A stretch of 64,000 nt of DNA from an uncultured Syntrophomonadaceae bacterium (GTDB lineage Bacteria > Bacillota > Dethiobacteria > DTU022): the NCBI GenBank assembly GCA_964506505.1, contig CAZDKY010000003.1, positions 44,673 through 108,672 of the forward strand, read 5' to 3'. This document shows, piece by piece, positions 37,815-51,439 of this stretch; positions within the stretch are counted from its first letter, which is position 1; each line of letters opens with the position of its first letter. The notes under the pieces are model-generated. The model did no database searches, was not told the origin of the DNA, and saw nothing but the letters and a program-made list of their open reading frames with translations. The position numbers were made by a program, and so were the translations under genes.

Positions 37815-38546
37815 TCAGCGATCGGCAAAGCGATAACCGACACCACGGACAGTTTCAATATAACAGGGACGGGAAGGGTCTTCTTCAAGTTTTCGACGCA
37901 ATGAACGGATATGCACATCCACTGTCCTGGTATCTACTCCCGTTTCATAACCCCATATTTTATCCAGGAGTGTCTCCCTGGTCAGGACTTTTCCGGCATT
38001 GGCCATGAGCAACTGCAGCAGAATAAACTCTTTATGGGTTAAAGCCTGCTGTTCATTTTTAACTGTAACTTCATAGCGCTCAGGGTTAAGGACAATCGGC
38101 CCAATACGGATTGGTTTTAATTCGGGGGTTACTTCTTCGGACATACGGTTTTGGTCCAGCCGGCGCAGCATCGCCCTGACCCGAGCAACCAGTTCACGGA
38201 TACTGAATGGTTTGACCATGTAATCATCCGCCCCCAGTTCCAACCCCAGCACTTTATCCAGTTCTTCCCGCCGCGCAGAAAGAATCAAGATGGGCACTAC
38301 TGCAGTGAGAGGGCTGCTGCGCAGACGGCGGCATACCTCAAGGCCGTCCATTTCAGGAAGCATGATATCAAGGATGATCAGATCAGGTATATTCTGCAAG
38401 GCATAATCCAAAGCCGCCGGGCCACTGCCGACACTGTAAGTTCGGAACCCTTCCTTTTCCAGATGAAAAGTAAGAAGCCTGACGATATCTTCTTCATCTT
38501 CAACTATCAGTATAAAGCGCTGTTTACGATCCAGGTCATTGTTCAT
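37815..38546 (-). CDS. phoP: OmpR-family response regulator PhoP/PhoB
   Basis: Receiver domain ..ILIVEDEEDIV..LILDIMLPEMDG.. followed by a winged-helix domain ..ETVRGVGYRF. Confidence 0.85.
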   Translation of the reverse strand: MNNDLDRKQRFILIVEDEEDIVRLLTFHLEKEGFRTYSVGSGPAALDYALQNIPDLIILDIMLPEMDGLEVCRRLRSSPLTAVVPILILSARREELDKVLGLELGADDYMVKPFSIRELVARVRAMLRRLDQNRMSEEVTPELKPIRIGPIVLNPERYEVTVKNEQQALTHKEFILLQLLMANAGKVLTRETLLDKIWGYETGVDTRTVDVHIRSLRRKLEEDPSRPCYIETVRGVGYRFADR

Positions 38547-38695
38547 GTCATTATTTTAACATAAGTTTGATCTTTGCCGGGTCCGGATAAACAATTTTGG
38601 TGGGAATTAGATAAAATCTTCTAAAAAATGAGGGCAACAAACCATGTAAAAATAACAGAAATTACATTGAACCGGCACCATCTGGCGACGGTTCG

Positions 38696-38724
38696 AACTT
38701 GTCAGGAAGACAATTAAATGCTAA
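38696..38724 (+). promoter_or_regulatory. Candidate sigma-A promoter of the PFOR gene
   Basis: TTGTCA, 17-nt spacer, TAATAT. Confidence 0.4.
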
Positions 38725-38758
38725 TATGTAGCAGGATCGTAAGCCGCTGTATTTGTAA

Positions 38759-42334
<3,576 letters not shown>

Positions 42335-42393
42335 TTTTGAATTTCATCCTAGAACAAGTAACAAGTGTCACATTTTGTTTTGACCGGGAACTG

Positions 42394-42424
42394 AAGGAGG
42401 CCTCTTGAAAGAGGCCTCCTTTTC
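42394..42424 (+). terminator. Rho-independent terminator of the PFOR gene
   Basis: Perfect stem aaggaggcctctt / aagaggcctcctt followed by a T-run. Confidence 0.8.
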
Positions 42425-42526
42425 ATGTGCGGACTTTTTACTACACTTTAAGATTATTTTAAAAGCTTTTTAAATGTTATTCCCCCGAGATCTTTACCCC
42501 TTTGTTCCTGCGCAGCAACCTGTTTG

Positions 42527-43333
42527 CTAACGCCGATTTTTCCTTTTGCTAAACCAGCGGGCAATACTGCTCTGTTTTTTCGCCAGATCGATATTGCCCA
42601 GCATTTTTTGCGCTGCTTCATAACCTCGCTCCATGATCAAATCAACCCTTTTAATGTCCCACATGGTTATATCCCCCAGTTCAGGTTCGATCATTATGTC
42701 CGCTATATCGTGAGCGGATTTATCCCGCTGGCGTTGGATTATGTCAAAAGCCTGGATCAAGATTTTAAATACACTGTCCGGCTCAGTGGTAAGCGGTTTC
42801 TGAGCCCCCACATCAACGGCAATAATATAATCAAGGTTGCGCTCTTTTAGAAGGGCGGCAGGAACATTATCCAGCAACCCGCCATCTACAAGCAGTTTAT
42901 CCTTCCACTTCACCGGGGTAAAAATACCCGGTATGGAACAGCTGGCCTGAACTGCTTCGGAAACAGGACCATCTTCAATAATTATCTCTTCCCCACTCAG
43001 CAGATCAACTGCATTGATGATCAGGGGATTTTTTAAATCCTCAAAATTTATGTTTCCCAGATGCTCTTCCAGCATCTCTAAAAGTTTTGAAGAACTTATT
43101 AAACCCTTCCGGGGAAGAGATAATGTGACTAGATCTTTCCAGGATAATTTGCGAGCTATCTGTTCAATTTCTCCAATGGTTTTCCCCGCGCTATATAGAG
43201 ATGCGACAATACTGCCGGCGCTTGTCCCGGCTATTAACACAGGTTTTACATTACGTTCCTCAAGATATTTCAAAACGCCAATGTGTGCTATCCCGCGGGC
43301 TGCTCCACCACTTAAAGCCAGTCCAATTTTCAT
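42527..43333 (-). CDS. Patatin-like phospholipase
   Basis: Oxyanion region GLALSGGAARGIAHIGV, nucleophile GTSAGS, and a DGG catalytic-dyad motif (LVDGGLLDNVP). Confidence 0.85.
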   Translation of the reverse strand: MKIGLALSGGAARGIAHIGVLKYLEERNVKPVLIAGTSAGSIVASLYSAGKTIGEIEQIARKLSWKDLVTLSLPRKGLISSSKLLEMLEEHLGNINFEDLKNPLIINAVDLLSGEEIIIEDGPVSEAVQASCSIPGIFTPVKWKDKLLVDGGLLDNVPAALLKERNLDYIIAVDVGAQKPLTTEPDSVFKILIQAFDIIQRQRDKSAHDIADIMIEPELGDITMWDIKRVDLIMERGYEAAQKMLGNIDLAKKQSSIARWFSKRKNRR

Positions 43334-43436
43334 AGCCGGTATCTCCTATTTTAAATTTGTTTAAGCCAGTCAGCTTGATTAAGCGGTTCTTGTTTCCCCT
43401 TTTCGTAAATAGTCCTTCCCAGGAAGATAACCGATC

Positions 43437-43652
43437 TCAGTTAATAAAACGGATCCCTGAAGCCCCAAATAAAATTCCGGCAATCAACAAAAGGCGGAAA
43501 GCCTGCCAGAAATTGATTTCCCTTAGAGCAAAAACCTGGGGCATTGTTATATTCCACAACCACTGCAGGATAACAGACACAAGAAAGAACAGTGCCACCA
43601 CCAGGATCGGCAGCAAAATAAAGTTTGCCAGGGCGAAACCGTACATGAACAC
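43437..43652 (-). CDS. Small hydrophobic protein with two predicted TM helices, function unknown
   Basis: 71-aa ORF between the patatin gene and coaX on the same strand. The call rests on hydrophobicity alone. Confidence 0.35.
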   Translation of the reverse strand: MFMYGFALANFILLPILVVALFFLVSVILQWLWNITMPQVFALREINFWQAFRLLLIAGILFGASGIRFIN

Positions 43653-43678
43653 ACCTCCTTTGCAGAATTCTTCATTTT

Positions 43679-44469
43679 TTATTTTGTAGCGTTTAACCTG
43701 GTGATTATCCGCAATCCTTCCAGGGTAAGAAGAGGATTGACCTCCCGGATTGTTTCCGATTCACGGGCAATTAAGTTGGCAAAACCACCGGTAGCTATTA
43801 CCTGGGGATCTCCTCCAAGCTCTGCAGCCATCCGATGAACAATTCCGTCGACCTGGCCGACAAACCCGAAGACAATGCCCGACTGCATACTGGAGATGGT
43901 GTCTTTGCCGATAACTCGCTGGGGCCTTACTATTTCCACCCTCGGCAATTTGGCCGCTCTTTCAAAAAGGGCTTCCATAGATATTCCTATGCCGGGAGCG
44001 ATAGCCCCGCCGAGGTAATCACCCTCACCCGAAATGGCACAAAAGGTGGTTGCAGTTCCAAAATCGACTATAATCATCGGCCCACCGTAAAGTTCAATTG
44101 CCGCAACGGCATTGACGATACGATCGGCACCCACTTCACGTGGATTATCTGTTACAATATTTAAGCCGGTCTTTATTCCCGGCCCAATAATAAGGGGATC
44201 GACATTGAAATATTTTGTAGACATACGGCCAAGGGAATACATCAATGGAGGAACAACAGAGGAAATTGCGATAATATTTATTTCCTTTAAGGTTATATGG
44301 CTGTTGTGAAGTAAATTTTTAACCACCATACCCAGTTCATCTTCAGTACTCGATTTACGGGTAGCCAACCGCCAGTAAACAATGATTTTATCTTCGCGGT
44401 ATACCCCGAGCATAATATGGGTGTTGCCAACATCAACGGCCAGTAACAAGTTGCATTCCTCCCACTGAT
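43679..44469 (-). CDS. coaX: Type III pantothenate kinase
   Basis: MLLAVDVGNTH.. at the N-terminus with the ..GTATT.. ATPase core. I placed the start at the TTG at 44469, which has a GGGAGGA ribosome-binding site, rather than the ORF-track start at 44488. Confidence 0.85.
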
Positions 44470-44647
44470 AGATAAGCCTGATAAGCAAGTATCAGGTAAA
44501 TAACACTATAGCAGATTACGTTATTTTTGCAAAGAACCACTCTACAGCTCAATGGTAGAAGCTTAATAGTCTTGGAGGAATCCGGATCATCCCGTCGAAG
44601 TACAGAAGGGCACTTTGACAGCATGATTCGCACAAGGAGGAGCAGTC

Positions 44648-45958
44648 TTGTTAAAGAAAATATCGGGTAAAAACTACTTCGTCGCCCTTGTCCTCTTGAT
44701 AATTGTCGCCGTGCTGCTTGTCATTACGGCTTTTACAATAACAGCATTCATCCCGGATGCTCTGGGGCACAAACCTTATCAATATGAAATCAATTCCGTC
44801 TGTCAAACAGAACCATGGTCCATTGAAACAGAAAATCTGACGGTAATCCTGCCATCCGGTGGGACACTGGTCAACCTGAACGAAACTGATCATGACAAAA
44901 GCTTGCTTCTTCTGGGCAATGGCATTTACCGTCAGAACGGAATCAAGCAGGACGATGAAACAATCGGCGGCTTGTTCATGGTAATCAGCCACGATTTTTT
45001 TGATCAGATCAGGGGAAATAACATTTTTACACCGGTAACCGATGAATCTGAACTGGAAACGGTTTATCGGACCGTTGAAAAACAGATGGGGATACCGATA
45101 ATATGGCAGGATACCATACCGATTATTTTTCACCCCCGTGATAGCCTGGTTTATTATTATTTTATTTCGCCGACCGGAGAACCGCAGCTACCTCCCCAGG
45201 TAAACACTTCCTGGCCCAACATTGCCGGTTCTTTCATGATTTACAGCATCTTTGTAGCTATCTCACTGGTGATAATGACAATATTTTCTCTGGATCATCA
45301 TTATACTCGATACTGGCAAAAAATAAGGGAGACAAGGCCCGGATTTCTCAGCATGCTCATGATACCGCTGCTGGCTGTACTGATAACAGCAAGCGAAGTC
45401 ATAATTAAAATAAACGGATTTCTTGACTATTATACTTTTTTCGGCTATGCTGCAGCTGTTATTACCCTATTTGTTCTTTGGAAATTTAACAAAATTTACT
45501 ACCTTGATTTCGGTTTGCGCCGCGAAAGAGCAGGCCGTGGATATTTCCTGGCTTTGATTGCTGCCGTCCTGGTAATCGGGGCCACCAGGGGACTCCCCGG
45601 CGGCATAAATTTTGCCGGCCTGAAAACTGTGGTAGATTTTGTGCTTATTTTTCTGTTGATCGGGTTGCCGCGGGAAATGTTCTGGAGAGGTTTCATTCAG
45701 ACCTTTTTATGCCGGCGATATGGGCCTAATATCAGCTTAATATTAACTGTTTTACTGGTAGCTGCTGCTCGTCTGGCTATCATTATAATTACCGAGCCGT
45801 GGATGATTGATTATCCTTATACATATGTGGAGGTGGCGGTTCTTGTCCCCGGTGCTGCGCTGGTTCTCGGATTCCTTTACCAGCGAACTGAAAATTCACT
45901 TGCCGGTGCCTTCCTGCACAGTATTATTATTTTTTTGCCGGAATATATTTTTTATTAG
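44648..45958 (+). CDS. Membrane protein with a C-terminal CPBP (CAAX/Abi) intramembrane protease domain
   Basis: The C-terminal TM bundle carries EMFWRGF (EExxxR-like), a FLYQRTE region and ..AFLHS.. (HxxxN/D-like). TTG start with an AAGGAGGA ribosome-binding site. Confidence 0.65.
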   Translation: MLKKISGKNYFVALVLLIIVAVLLVITAFTITAFIPDALGHKPYQYEINSVCQTEPWSIETENLTVILPSGGTLVNLNETDHDKSLLLLGNGIYRQNGIKQDDETIGGLFMVISHDFFDQIRGNNIFTPVTDESELETVYRTVEKQMGIPIIWQDTIPIIFHPRDSLVYYYFISPTGEPQLPPQVNTSWPNIAGSFMIYSIFVAISLVIMTIFSLDHHYTRYWQKIRETRPGFLSMLMIPLLAVLITASEVIIKINGFLDYYTFFGYAAAVITLFVLWKFNKIYYLDFGLRRERAGRGYFLALIAAVLVIGATRGLPGGINFAGLKTVVDFVLIFLLIGLPREMFWRGFIQTFLCRRYGPNISLILTVLLVAAARLAIIIITEPWMIDYPYTYVEVAVLVPGAALVLGFLYQRTENSLAGAFLHSIIIFLPEYIFY

Positions 45959-45976
45959 GAGAAAGGCGGTATACTC

Positions 45977-46543
45977 GTGGATAAAGTAAAAATTGTCAGG
46001 GCAGTAGAAATGATCCTGGAAGCGGTCGGTGAAGATTTAAACAGGGAAGGCCTGGTGGGTACACCAAAACGCATAGCCAATATGTACGAAGAATTGTTCA
46101 GAGGCCTGGAAGAAGATCCAAGGAAACATTTAAAAACATGTTTTGTAGAAGACGGTCATGATGAAATCGTCCTGGTTAAGGACATATCCTTTTATTCCAT
46201 GTGTGAACATCATCTGCTCCCATTCTATGGGAAGGCTCACGTTGCCTATCTTCCTTCCGGGGGAAGGATCGTAGGATTAAGCAAATTAGTCAGGGTTATC
46301 GAAACCGTATCAAGACGCCCCCAGCTGCAGGAACGTTTAACCAGCAATGTAGCCGACATAATCACTGAAGAACTTAAGCCTAAAGGGGTCGTTGTGGTTG
46401 TCGAAGCGGAACATCTCTGCATGAGCATCCGCGGTGTAAGCAAACCTGGTGCTTTTACGGTCACTTCTGCCGTCAGGGGGTTGTTCAGACGCAATCCCAG
46501 CTCCAGAGGTGAAGTGTTCAGCCTGATACAGGGAAAAAGATAA
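45977..46543 (+). CDS. folE: GTP cyclohydrolase I
   Basis: ..[16 protein letters not shown].. and ..[18 protein letters not shown]. Confidence 0.9.
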   Translation: MDKVKIVRAVEMILEAVGEDLNREGLVGTPKRIANMYEELFRGLEEDPRKHLKTCFVEDGHDEIVLVKDISFYSMCEHHLLPFYGKAHVAYLPSGGRIVGLSKLVRVIETVSRRPQLQERLTSNVADIITEELKPKGVVVVVEAEHLCMSIRGVSKPGAFTVTSAVRGLFRRNPSSRGEVFSLIQGKR

Positions 46544-46562
46544 CGATAAACGAGAACGGATA

Positions 46563-47072
46563 ATGAAAAATAAAATGATGGAGCGAGTAAATAGAATACT
46601 TACCAGCCGGGAATATCGTGATCATTTAGAGCGCAATGCCCTGCGTGAAGAATCACGCCCCTTCTGCCGGCATCACTTTGAACATCTTCTTACAGTAGCC
46701 AGGCTAACCTACCTGCTGCTGCTCGAGGAAGGGTGCCCTTTTATTAACCGGGAAACGGCTTATGCAGCAGGCCTGTTGCATGATATCGGCCGCTGGCAAG
46801 AATATGATTATGGAACTGATCATGCTCTTGCCAGCGCCGAGATGGCCAAAACAATCCTTAGAAAAGTAGGCTTCTCCAATTCAGAAACGGAACTGATAAC
46901 CCGGGCTATTGCTCAGCATCGTCTGAAAGACCATGAACAACCACACCAGTCTTCATTAAGCAGGGCTCTGGCAAAAGCGGATCAATATTCCCGCCTCTGT
47001 TTCAACTGCCAGGTCCGTAGCGAATGCCTGGCCCTCGACAGACAACCCCATAAAGAGGAGCTGATATATTGA
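46563..47072 (+). CDS. HD-domain phosphohydrolase embedded in the fol operon
   Basis: HxxxLL..LLHDIGR HD signature. Its stop codon overlaps the folP start (TTGA). Confidence 0.7.
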   Translation: MKNKMMERVNRILTSREYRDHLERNALREESRPFCRHHFEHLLTVARLTYLLLLEEGCPFINRETAYAAGLLHDIGRWQEYDYGTDHALASAEMAKTILRKVGFSNSETELITRAIAQHRLKDHEQPHQSSLSRALAKADQYSRLCFNCQVRSECLALDRQPHKEELIY

Positions 47073-48295
47073 AAGAATTAAATTCTTCAGCCCAGATCCT
47101 CATCCTGGAATCGGGAAAAACTGTTGCAGATCTCACAGCGATGGGTTTTTCTCCAGAGGTAAGCGAACAATTTACCAGGCAGGTTGATTCCATTTTTATC
47201 AGATTAAAAAATGTGCCACAGGAACTCATCCCGGTGCTCAAAAATGTGCCGGCTTTGGAAAATAACAATGTGATGTTCGGTAAAGTTGACGACCGGAAAC
47301 AAATATTTGAAGCGGTTATTGCCGGTACCAAAAATGAACTGAATGATCTTTGTGAACAGCTGGGACACGGCGGAGAAAAATCAGCGAAGCTGGCTGCCTT
47401 GCTCCACAGCACTCTGGCGAAAAGCAGCAGAAAGAACCGTTTACCTTTTTCCCTCGGGCACCACCGCCTCCCACTCGGTCAAAGAACATTAATCATGGGT
47501 ATTCTTAATGTGACTCCCGATTCATTTTCCGACGGCGGCCGTTTTGATCAACTTGATGAAGCTCTCACCCAGGCGTTCCGTATGGCCGAAGAAGGCGCTG
47601 ATATTATTGATATCGGGGGAGAATCGACCCGACCGGGCCATCTGAAAGTTAACGCCGCTACCGGAATAAGTCAGGTTATGCCGGTAAATGCTGAAGTCGA
47701 ACTGAACCGGGTTATGCCGGTTATCAAAGCTTTAAAAAAAGATCAATCTTTCAAACTGCCACTTTCAATAGATACTTACAAAGCAAAAGTAGCGGAAAAA
47801 GCTCTAGCCTCCGGAGTTGAAATGTTAAATGATGTCTGGGGTTTAAAAGCTGACCCGCACCTTGGAACAGTTGCCGCGCATTTCGATGTGCCGATCTGCC
47901 TGATGCATAACCGAAATAGCACAGATTATGACGATCTTATTGCCGATATTATTGCTGAAATCGAGGAATCAATTGCCCTGGCTCAAAATGCCGGTATCAA
48001 AGATGAAAAAATCATTATTGATCCCGGGATCGGCTTTGGCAAAAATCTGCAGCAAAATCTGGATGTGATGCTGCATTTGAATACATTCTGCCGCCTCGGG
48101 TATCCCCTGCTCCTTGGCACTTCCCGGAAATCAATTATCGGAAAAACGCTGGATCTTCCCACTGATGAACGTATGGAAGGCACAGCAGCAACCGTAGCCT
48201 ACGGAATTGCTGCAGGAGCTGATATTGTCAGGGTTCACGACGTTTTATCGATGAAAAGGGTGACAGTGATGACTGACGCCATGATTCGGAGGTGA
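47069..48295 (+). CDS. folP: Dihydropteroate synthase with an N-terminal extension of about 130 aa
   Basis: The DHPS core begins at ..IMGILNVTPDSFSDGG.. and includes ..DIGGESTRPG. It is preceded in frame by a 130-aa domain of unknown function. TTG start with an AGAGGAG ribosome-binding site. Confidence 0.8.
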   Translation: MKELNSSAQILILESGKTVADLTAMGFSPEVSEQFTRQVDSIFIRLKNVPQELIPVLKNVPALENNNVMFGKVDDRKQIFEAVIAGTKNELNDLCEQLGHGGEKSAKLAALLHSTLAKSSRKNRLPFSLGHHRLPLGQRTLIMGILNVTPDSFSDGGRFDQLDEALTQAFRMAEEGADIIDIGGESTRPGHLKVNAATGISQVMPVNAEVELNRVMPVIKALKKDQSFKLPLSIDTYKAKVAEKALASGVEMLNDVWGLKADPHLGTVAAHFDVPICLMHNRNSTDYDDLIADIIAEIEESIALAQNAGIKDEKIIIDPGIGFGKNLQQNLDVMLHLNTFCRLGYPLLLGTSRKSIIGKTLDLPTDERMEGTAATVAYGIAAGADIVRVHDVLSMKRVTVMTDAMIRR

Positions 48296-48302
48296 TAACC
48301 AC

Positions 48303-48662
48303 TTGGACCGTATAATTATTGATGGTTTTACCTGCTATGCCTACCATGGAGTGCTTCCTGAAGAAAACAGCCTCGGGCAGGAATTTCAGGTCAGCATAGA
48401 GCTGGGCGTCGATCTGGCCGGTCACAACGATGACCAGATCGATAAAGTTCCCGATTACCGTAAAGCGGTAATGGCTATCGAGGAAGTGATGTACGGCGAC
48501 TCCTGCAGGCTTCTCGAAACGCTTGCCTGCCGGATAGCCGACAAACTGCTTTCTCTTCCCGGAGTACTGGAAACAACTGTTGAAGTTCGCAAACCCAGTC
48601 CTCCCTTGCCCGGTGTGCAAGGAGGAGTAGGAGTGATGGTCAATCGCCACCGGCAATTATAA
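48303..48662 (+). CDS. folB: Dihydroneopterin aldolase
   Basis: ..GFTCYAYHGVLPEENSLGQEFQVSIEL.. TTG start. The GGAGGTGA ribosome-binding site overlaps the folP stop codon. Confidence 0.85.
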   Translation: MDRIIIDGFTCYAYHGVLPEENSLGQEFQVSIELGVDLAGHNDDQIDKVPDYRKAVMAIEEVMYGDSCRLLETLACRIADKLLSLPGVLETTVEVRKPSPPLPGVQGGVGVMVNRHRQL

Positions 48663-48724
48663 ATAAGGAGATAAGGCGGAACTACCAGACAGTCAAACCT
48701 TGCTAAATCCGCCCTGATAATTTA

Positions 48725-49249
48725 ATGATCACCGAAAAACATGCTTATATCGGGCTCGGTTCAAACCTCGGCACTCGTTTGAGCAATTTGCGACAATCGT
48801 TGACTTTACTTTCCCAGGTTCCCGCAATTAAAATTAAGGAAGTTTCGCCGGTTTATGAGACTGAGCCGGTGGGAGGTCCTGCCCAGGGATATTATCTCAA
48901 TGCCTGTGCCTCCCTCCTGACCACCCTCCCCCCGGAAACCCTGATGCGGGCAATGCTTGATGTGGAAAACCGAATCGGCAGAATTAGAATAGAAAGATGG
49001 GGACCCAGGACAATCGATCTGGATCTGCTGGTTTATGAAGATGAGGTAATAAACACTCCTCTGCTTAACCTACCCCATCCACGCCTGTGTGAAAGATGTT
49101 TTGTTCTTATTCCCCTGGCAGATATTGCCCCCAATCTGACTATCCCGGGCCTGGGCATAAACATCCGCAAACTTTTATCAGAATGCCTGTCTGACGAGGA
49201 TGTCCGCTATTACCTTCCTGCAAACTGGTTTATTAATAATTCAGTTTAA
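48725..49249 (+). CDS. folK: 2-amino-4-hydroxy-6-hydroxymethyldihydropteridine diphosphokinase (HPPK)
   Basis: ..AYIGLGSNLG.. and ..ETEPVGGP..RWGPRTIDLDLL. Confidence 0.9.
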   Translation: MITEKHAYIGLGSNLGTRLSNLRQSLTLLSQVPAIKIKEVSPVYETEPVGGPAQGYYLNACASLLTTLPPETLMRAMLDVENRIGRIRIERWGPRTIDLDLLVYEDEVINTPLLNLPHPRLCERCFVLIPLADIAPNLTIPGLGINIRKLLSECLSDEDVRYYLPANWFINNSV

Positions 49250-49404
49250 AATCCTCTCTCCACTAATTGTTAGCCAAACCGGAATTTTGCCCAAAAATCT
49301 TTAAGGTTTCATTTCACGGCACAGATAATGCCCCTGAAAACGGTTTTCTCTGCTATTCTCAAAGCCCTTCAGCACAGGATTAACTCCAGCAAATGGCGCA
49401 ATTA

Positions 49405-49436
49405 AAACGGGACACCCTCGCGGGCGTCCCGTCGTA
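49405..49436. terminator. Bidirectional terminator between folK (+) and fhs (-)
   Basis: Stem cgggacaccc / gggcgtcccg. On the minus strand it is followed by GTTTTAATT. Confidence 0.5.
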
Positions 49437-49480
49437 ATTAAGCAATGCTAACTTGATGCAACAGTCAAATAACCTTCTAC

Positions 49481-51244
49481 TTAGAACAGTCCCTGAACCT
49501 TACCGGTCTCCACGTCTACATCAACTTTGCGGTAAGCCGGATTGGCAGCAGTCCCCGGCATCAACGAAATTGCACCGGCAACCGGGACAACGAAATCGGC
49601 TCCTCCGTAGGTAAGGATATCACGAACGAAAAGCTTCCAGTCTTTCGGTACACCTTTCAACATGGGATTGTCGGTTAAACTAAGGTGAGTTTTAACCATG
49701 CAGGTGCCCATTTTCTGGAATTTAGGATCTGCTTCCATTTTCTTCGCTTTTTCAAGGGCTTCGGCAGAGTATTCCACACCGTCTGCACCGTAAACTTCCC
49801 TGGCAATAAGATCAATACGATCCCGGAGCGGGGTATCGAGTTCATAGAGGAATTTAAAATCATTCTTTTCTTCGCATGCTTCAATAACGGCATCGGCGAA
49901 TTCAAGAGCACCCTCGCCTCCGTACTGCCAGTGCTTGGAAAGAGCAACCCGGGCACCAGCTTCTTCAGCCAGACGGCGGACAAGCTTGATTTCGTTATCA
50001 GTATCGGTGTGGAAATGATTGAGGCAAACCACCGGACTGATACCAGATTTTTTAATTGTCTTGATATGGTGAATAAGGTTTTCACAACCTTTTTCCACCC
50101 ACTTGAGATTTTCCTCGTTGTAAGCCGGATCAAGCGGCTGTCCTGGCAACGGCAGTGGAGCACCACCGTGACATTTCAGTGCTCGAATGGTAGCTACGAG
50201 CACTGCACATTGGGGAGTAAGGTTAGACATACGGCACTTCAGGTTCCAGAATTTTTCAAAACCGATATCTGCGGCAAAACCAGATTCGGTAATATGGTAG
50301 TCACTTAATTTTAAACCGATTCGGTCGGCAATGATTGAAGATTGTCCGATAGCAATATTGGCAAAAGGCCCGGCATGCACCAGGACCGGCTGCCCCTCAA
50401 TTGTTTGCAGGAGGTTTGGATTAATAGCATCAACCATCCAGGCAGTCATCGCGCCGGCAACATCCAGATCCTCGGTAGTGACCGGTTTGCCTCTCTTGTC
50501 ATAGGCAACAACAATCCTGCCCATTCTTTCCCGCATATCTTTTAAGTCCTTTGCTACAGCCAGTATGGCCATCACCTCTGAGGAAACAGCAATAGCAAAG
50601 CCTGAGCTCATCATTAAACCGTCTTTTCTACCGCCCAGTCCGATAATAATATTACGGAGTGCCTGAGCACAAAAATCGATAATCCATTTCATTTCCACAT
50701 TGCGTGGATCGATATTTAACCTTTTTACATTGTTTCTTTCCAGGAAAGCATCGGTAGAGTTAAATTCATGCTGCAACCGCGAGGTCACGGCAACCATAGC
50801 CAGGTTGTGGGCATTCATGATCGCATTTATGTCGCCGGTCAAACCGAGTGAGAATGGTGTAAGGGGAATACACTGTGAGAGTCCTCCACCGGCAGCTGAA
50901 CCCTTTACATTCATGGTTGGACCACCGGAAGGCTGGCGGATAGCCGCCATAACTTTTTTCCCACGTTTGCCCAGGCCCTGAGTCAACCCCATAGTCGATG
51001 TTGATTTTCCTTCTCCAAGCGGAGTTGGAGTAATCGCCGTTACGTCAATATACTTTCCGTCAGGTTGATCCTTTAATCTCTCCAGTACTTTTTTGTAATC
51101 AACCTTGGCCACGTAGTGACCGTGAGGAAGTAGTTCCTCTTTGTCGAGGCCCAGTTCCTCAGCTAACTGATAAACATTTTTCATATTTGATTCTGCGGCT
51201 TCAGCTATTTCCCAGTCAGCATGTTTTGTCGGATCCAATGGCAT
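49481..51244 (-). CDS. fhs: Formate--tetrahydrofolate ligase
   Basis: 587-aa protein resembling FTHFS, including ..[16 protein letters not shown]. Confidence 0.9.
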   Translation of the reverse strand: MPLDPTKHADWEIAEAAESNMKNVYQLAEELGLDKEELLPHGHYVAKVDYKKVLERLKDQPDGKYIDVTAITPTPLGEGKSTSTMGLTQGLGKRGKKVMAAIRQPSGGPTMNVKGSAAGGGLSQCIPLTPFSLGLTGDINAIMNAHNLAMVAVTSRLQHEFNSTDAFLERNNVKRLNIDPRNVEMKWIIDFCAQALRNIIIGLGGRKDGLMMSSGFAIAVSSEVMAILAVAKDLKDMRERMGRIVVAYDKRGKPVTTEDLDVAGAMTAWMVDAINPNLLQTIEGQPVLVHAGPFANIAIGQSSIIADRIGLKLSDYHITESGFAADIGFEKFWNLKCRMSNLTPQCAVLVATIRALKCHGGAPLPLPGQPLDPAYNEENLKWVEKGCENLIHHIKTIKKSGISPVVCLNHFHTDTDNEIKLVRRLAEEAGARVALSKHWQYGGEGALEFADAVIEACEEKNDFKFLYELDTPLRDRIDLIAREVYGADGVEYSAEALEKAKKMEADPKFQKMGTCMVKTHLSLTDNPMLKGVPKDWKLFVRDILTYGGADFVVPVAGAISLMPGTAANPAYRKVDVDVETGKVQGLF

Positions 51245-51439
51245 ACAAAAAACCTCCTTAATGTTTATACTTATACTCTCATTTCACATTTCCCACAGAT
51301 AATAAGTTTTATTCAACAAAACGACTTTAATTCCTGCTCCGTTCCGTTTATATCTTGTACTTAATTGGTTAAATTGAGGAAAAATCAATTATGGTAACTC
51401 TTTGCAACGGCAAATCAGGGATATCCGGCTCCTGGAAAG

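Noticed and set aside
44497-44516. Inverted repeat cctgata-agcaag-tatcagg upstream of coaX
   Set aside because: It has a short 7-bp stem and is unique in the window. It could be an operator or a 5'-UTR hairpin, but there is no supporting context.
51245-51439. ZTP (pfl-motif) riboswitch expected upstream of fhs
   Set aside because: The minus-strand leader lacks the GGGUCGUGAC and CCGCCUGGGCA signatures. The only CGCCGG..GCCCAGG-like string is in the wrong orientation, inside the neighbouring peptidase gene.
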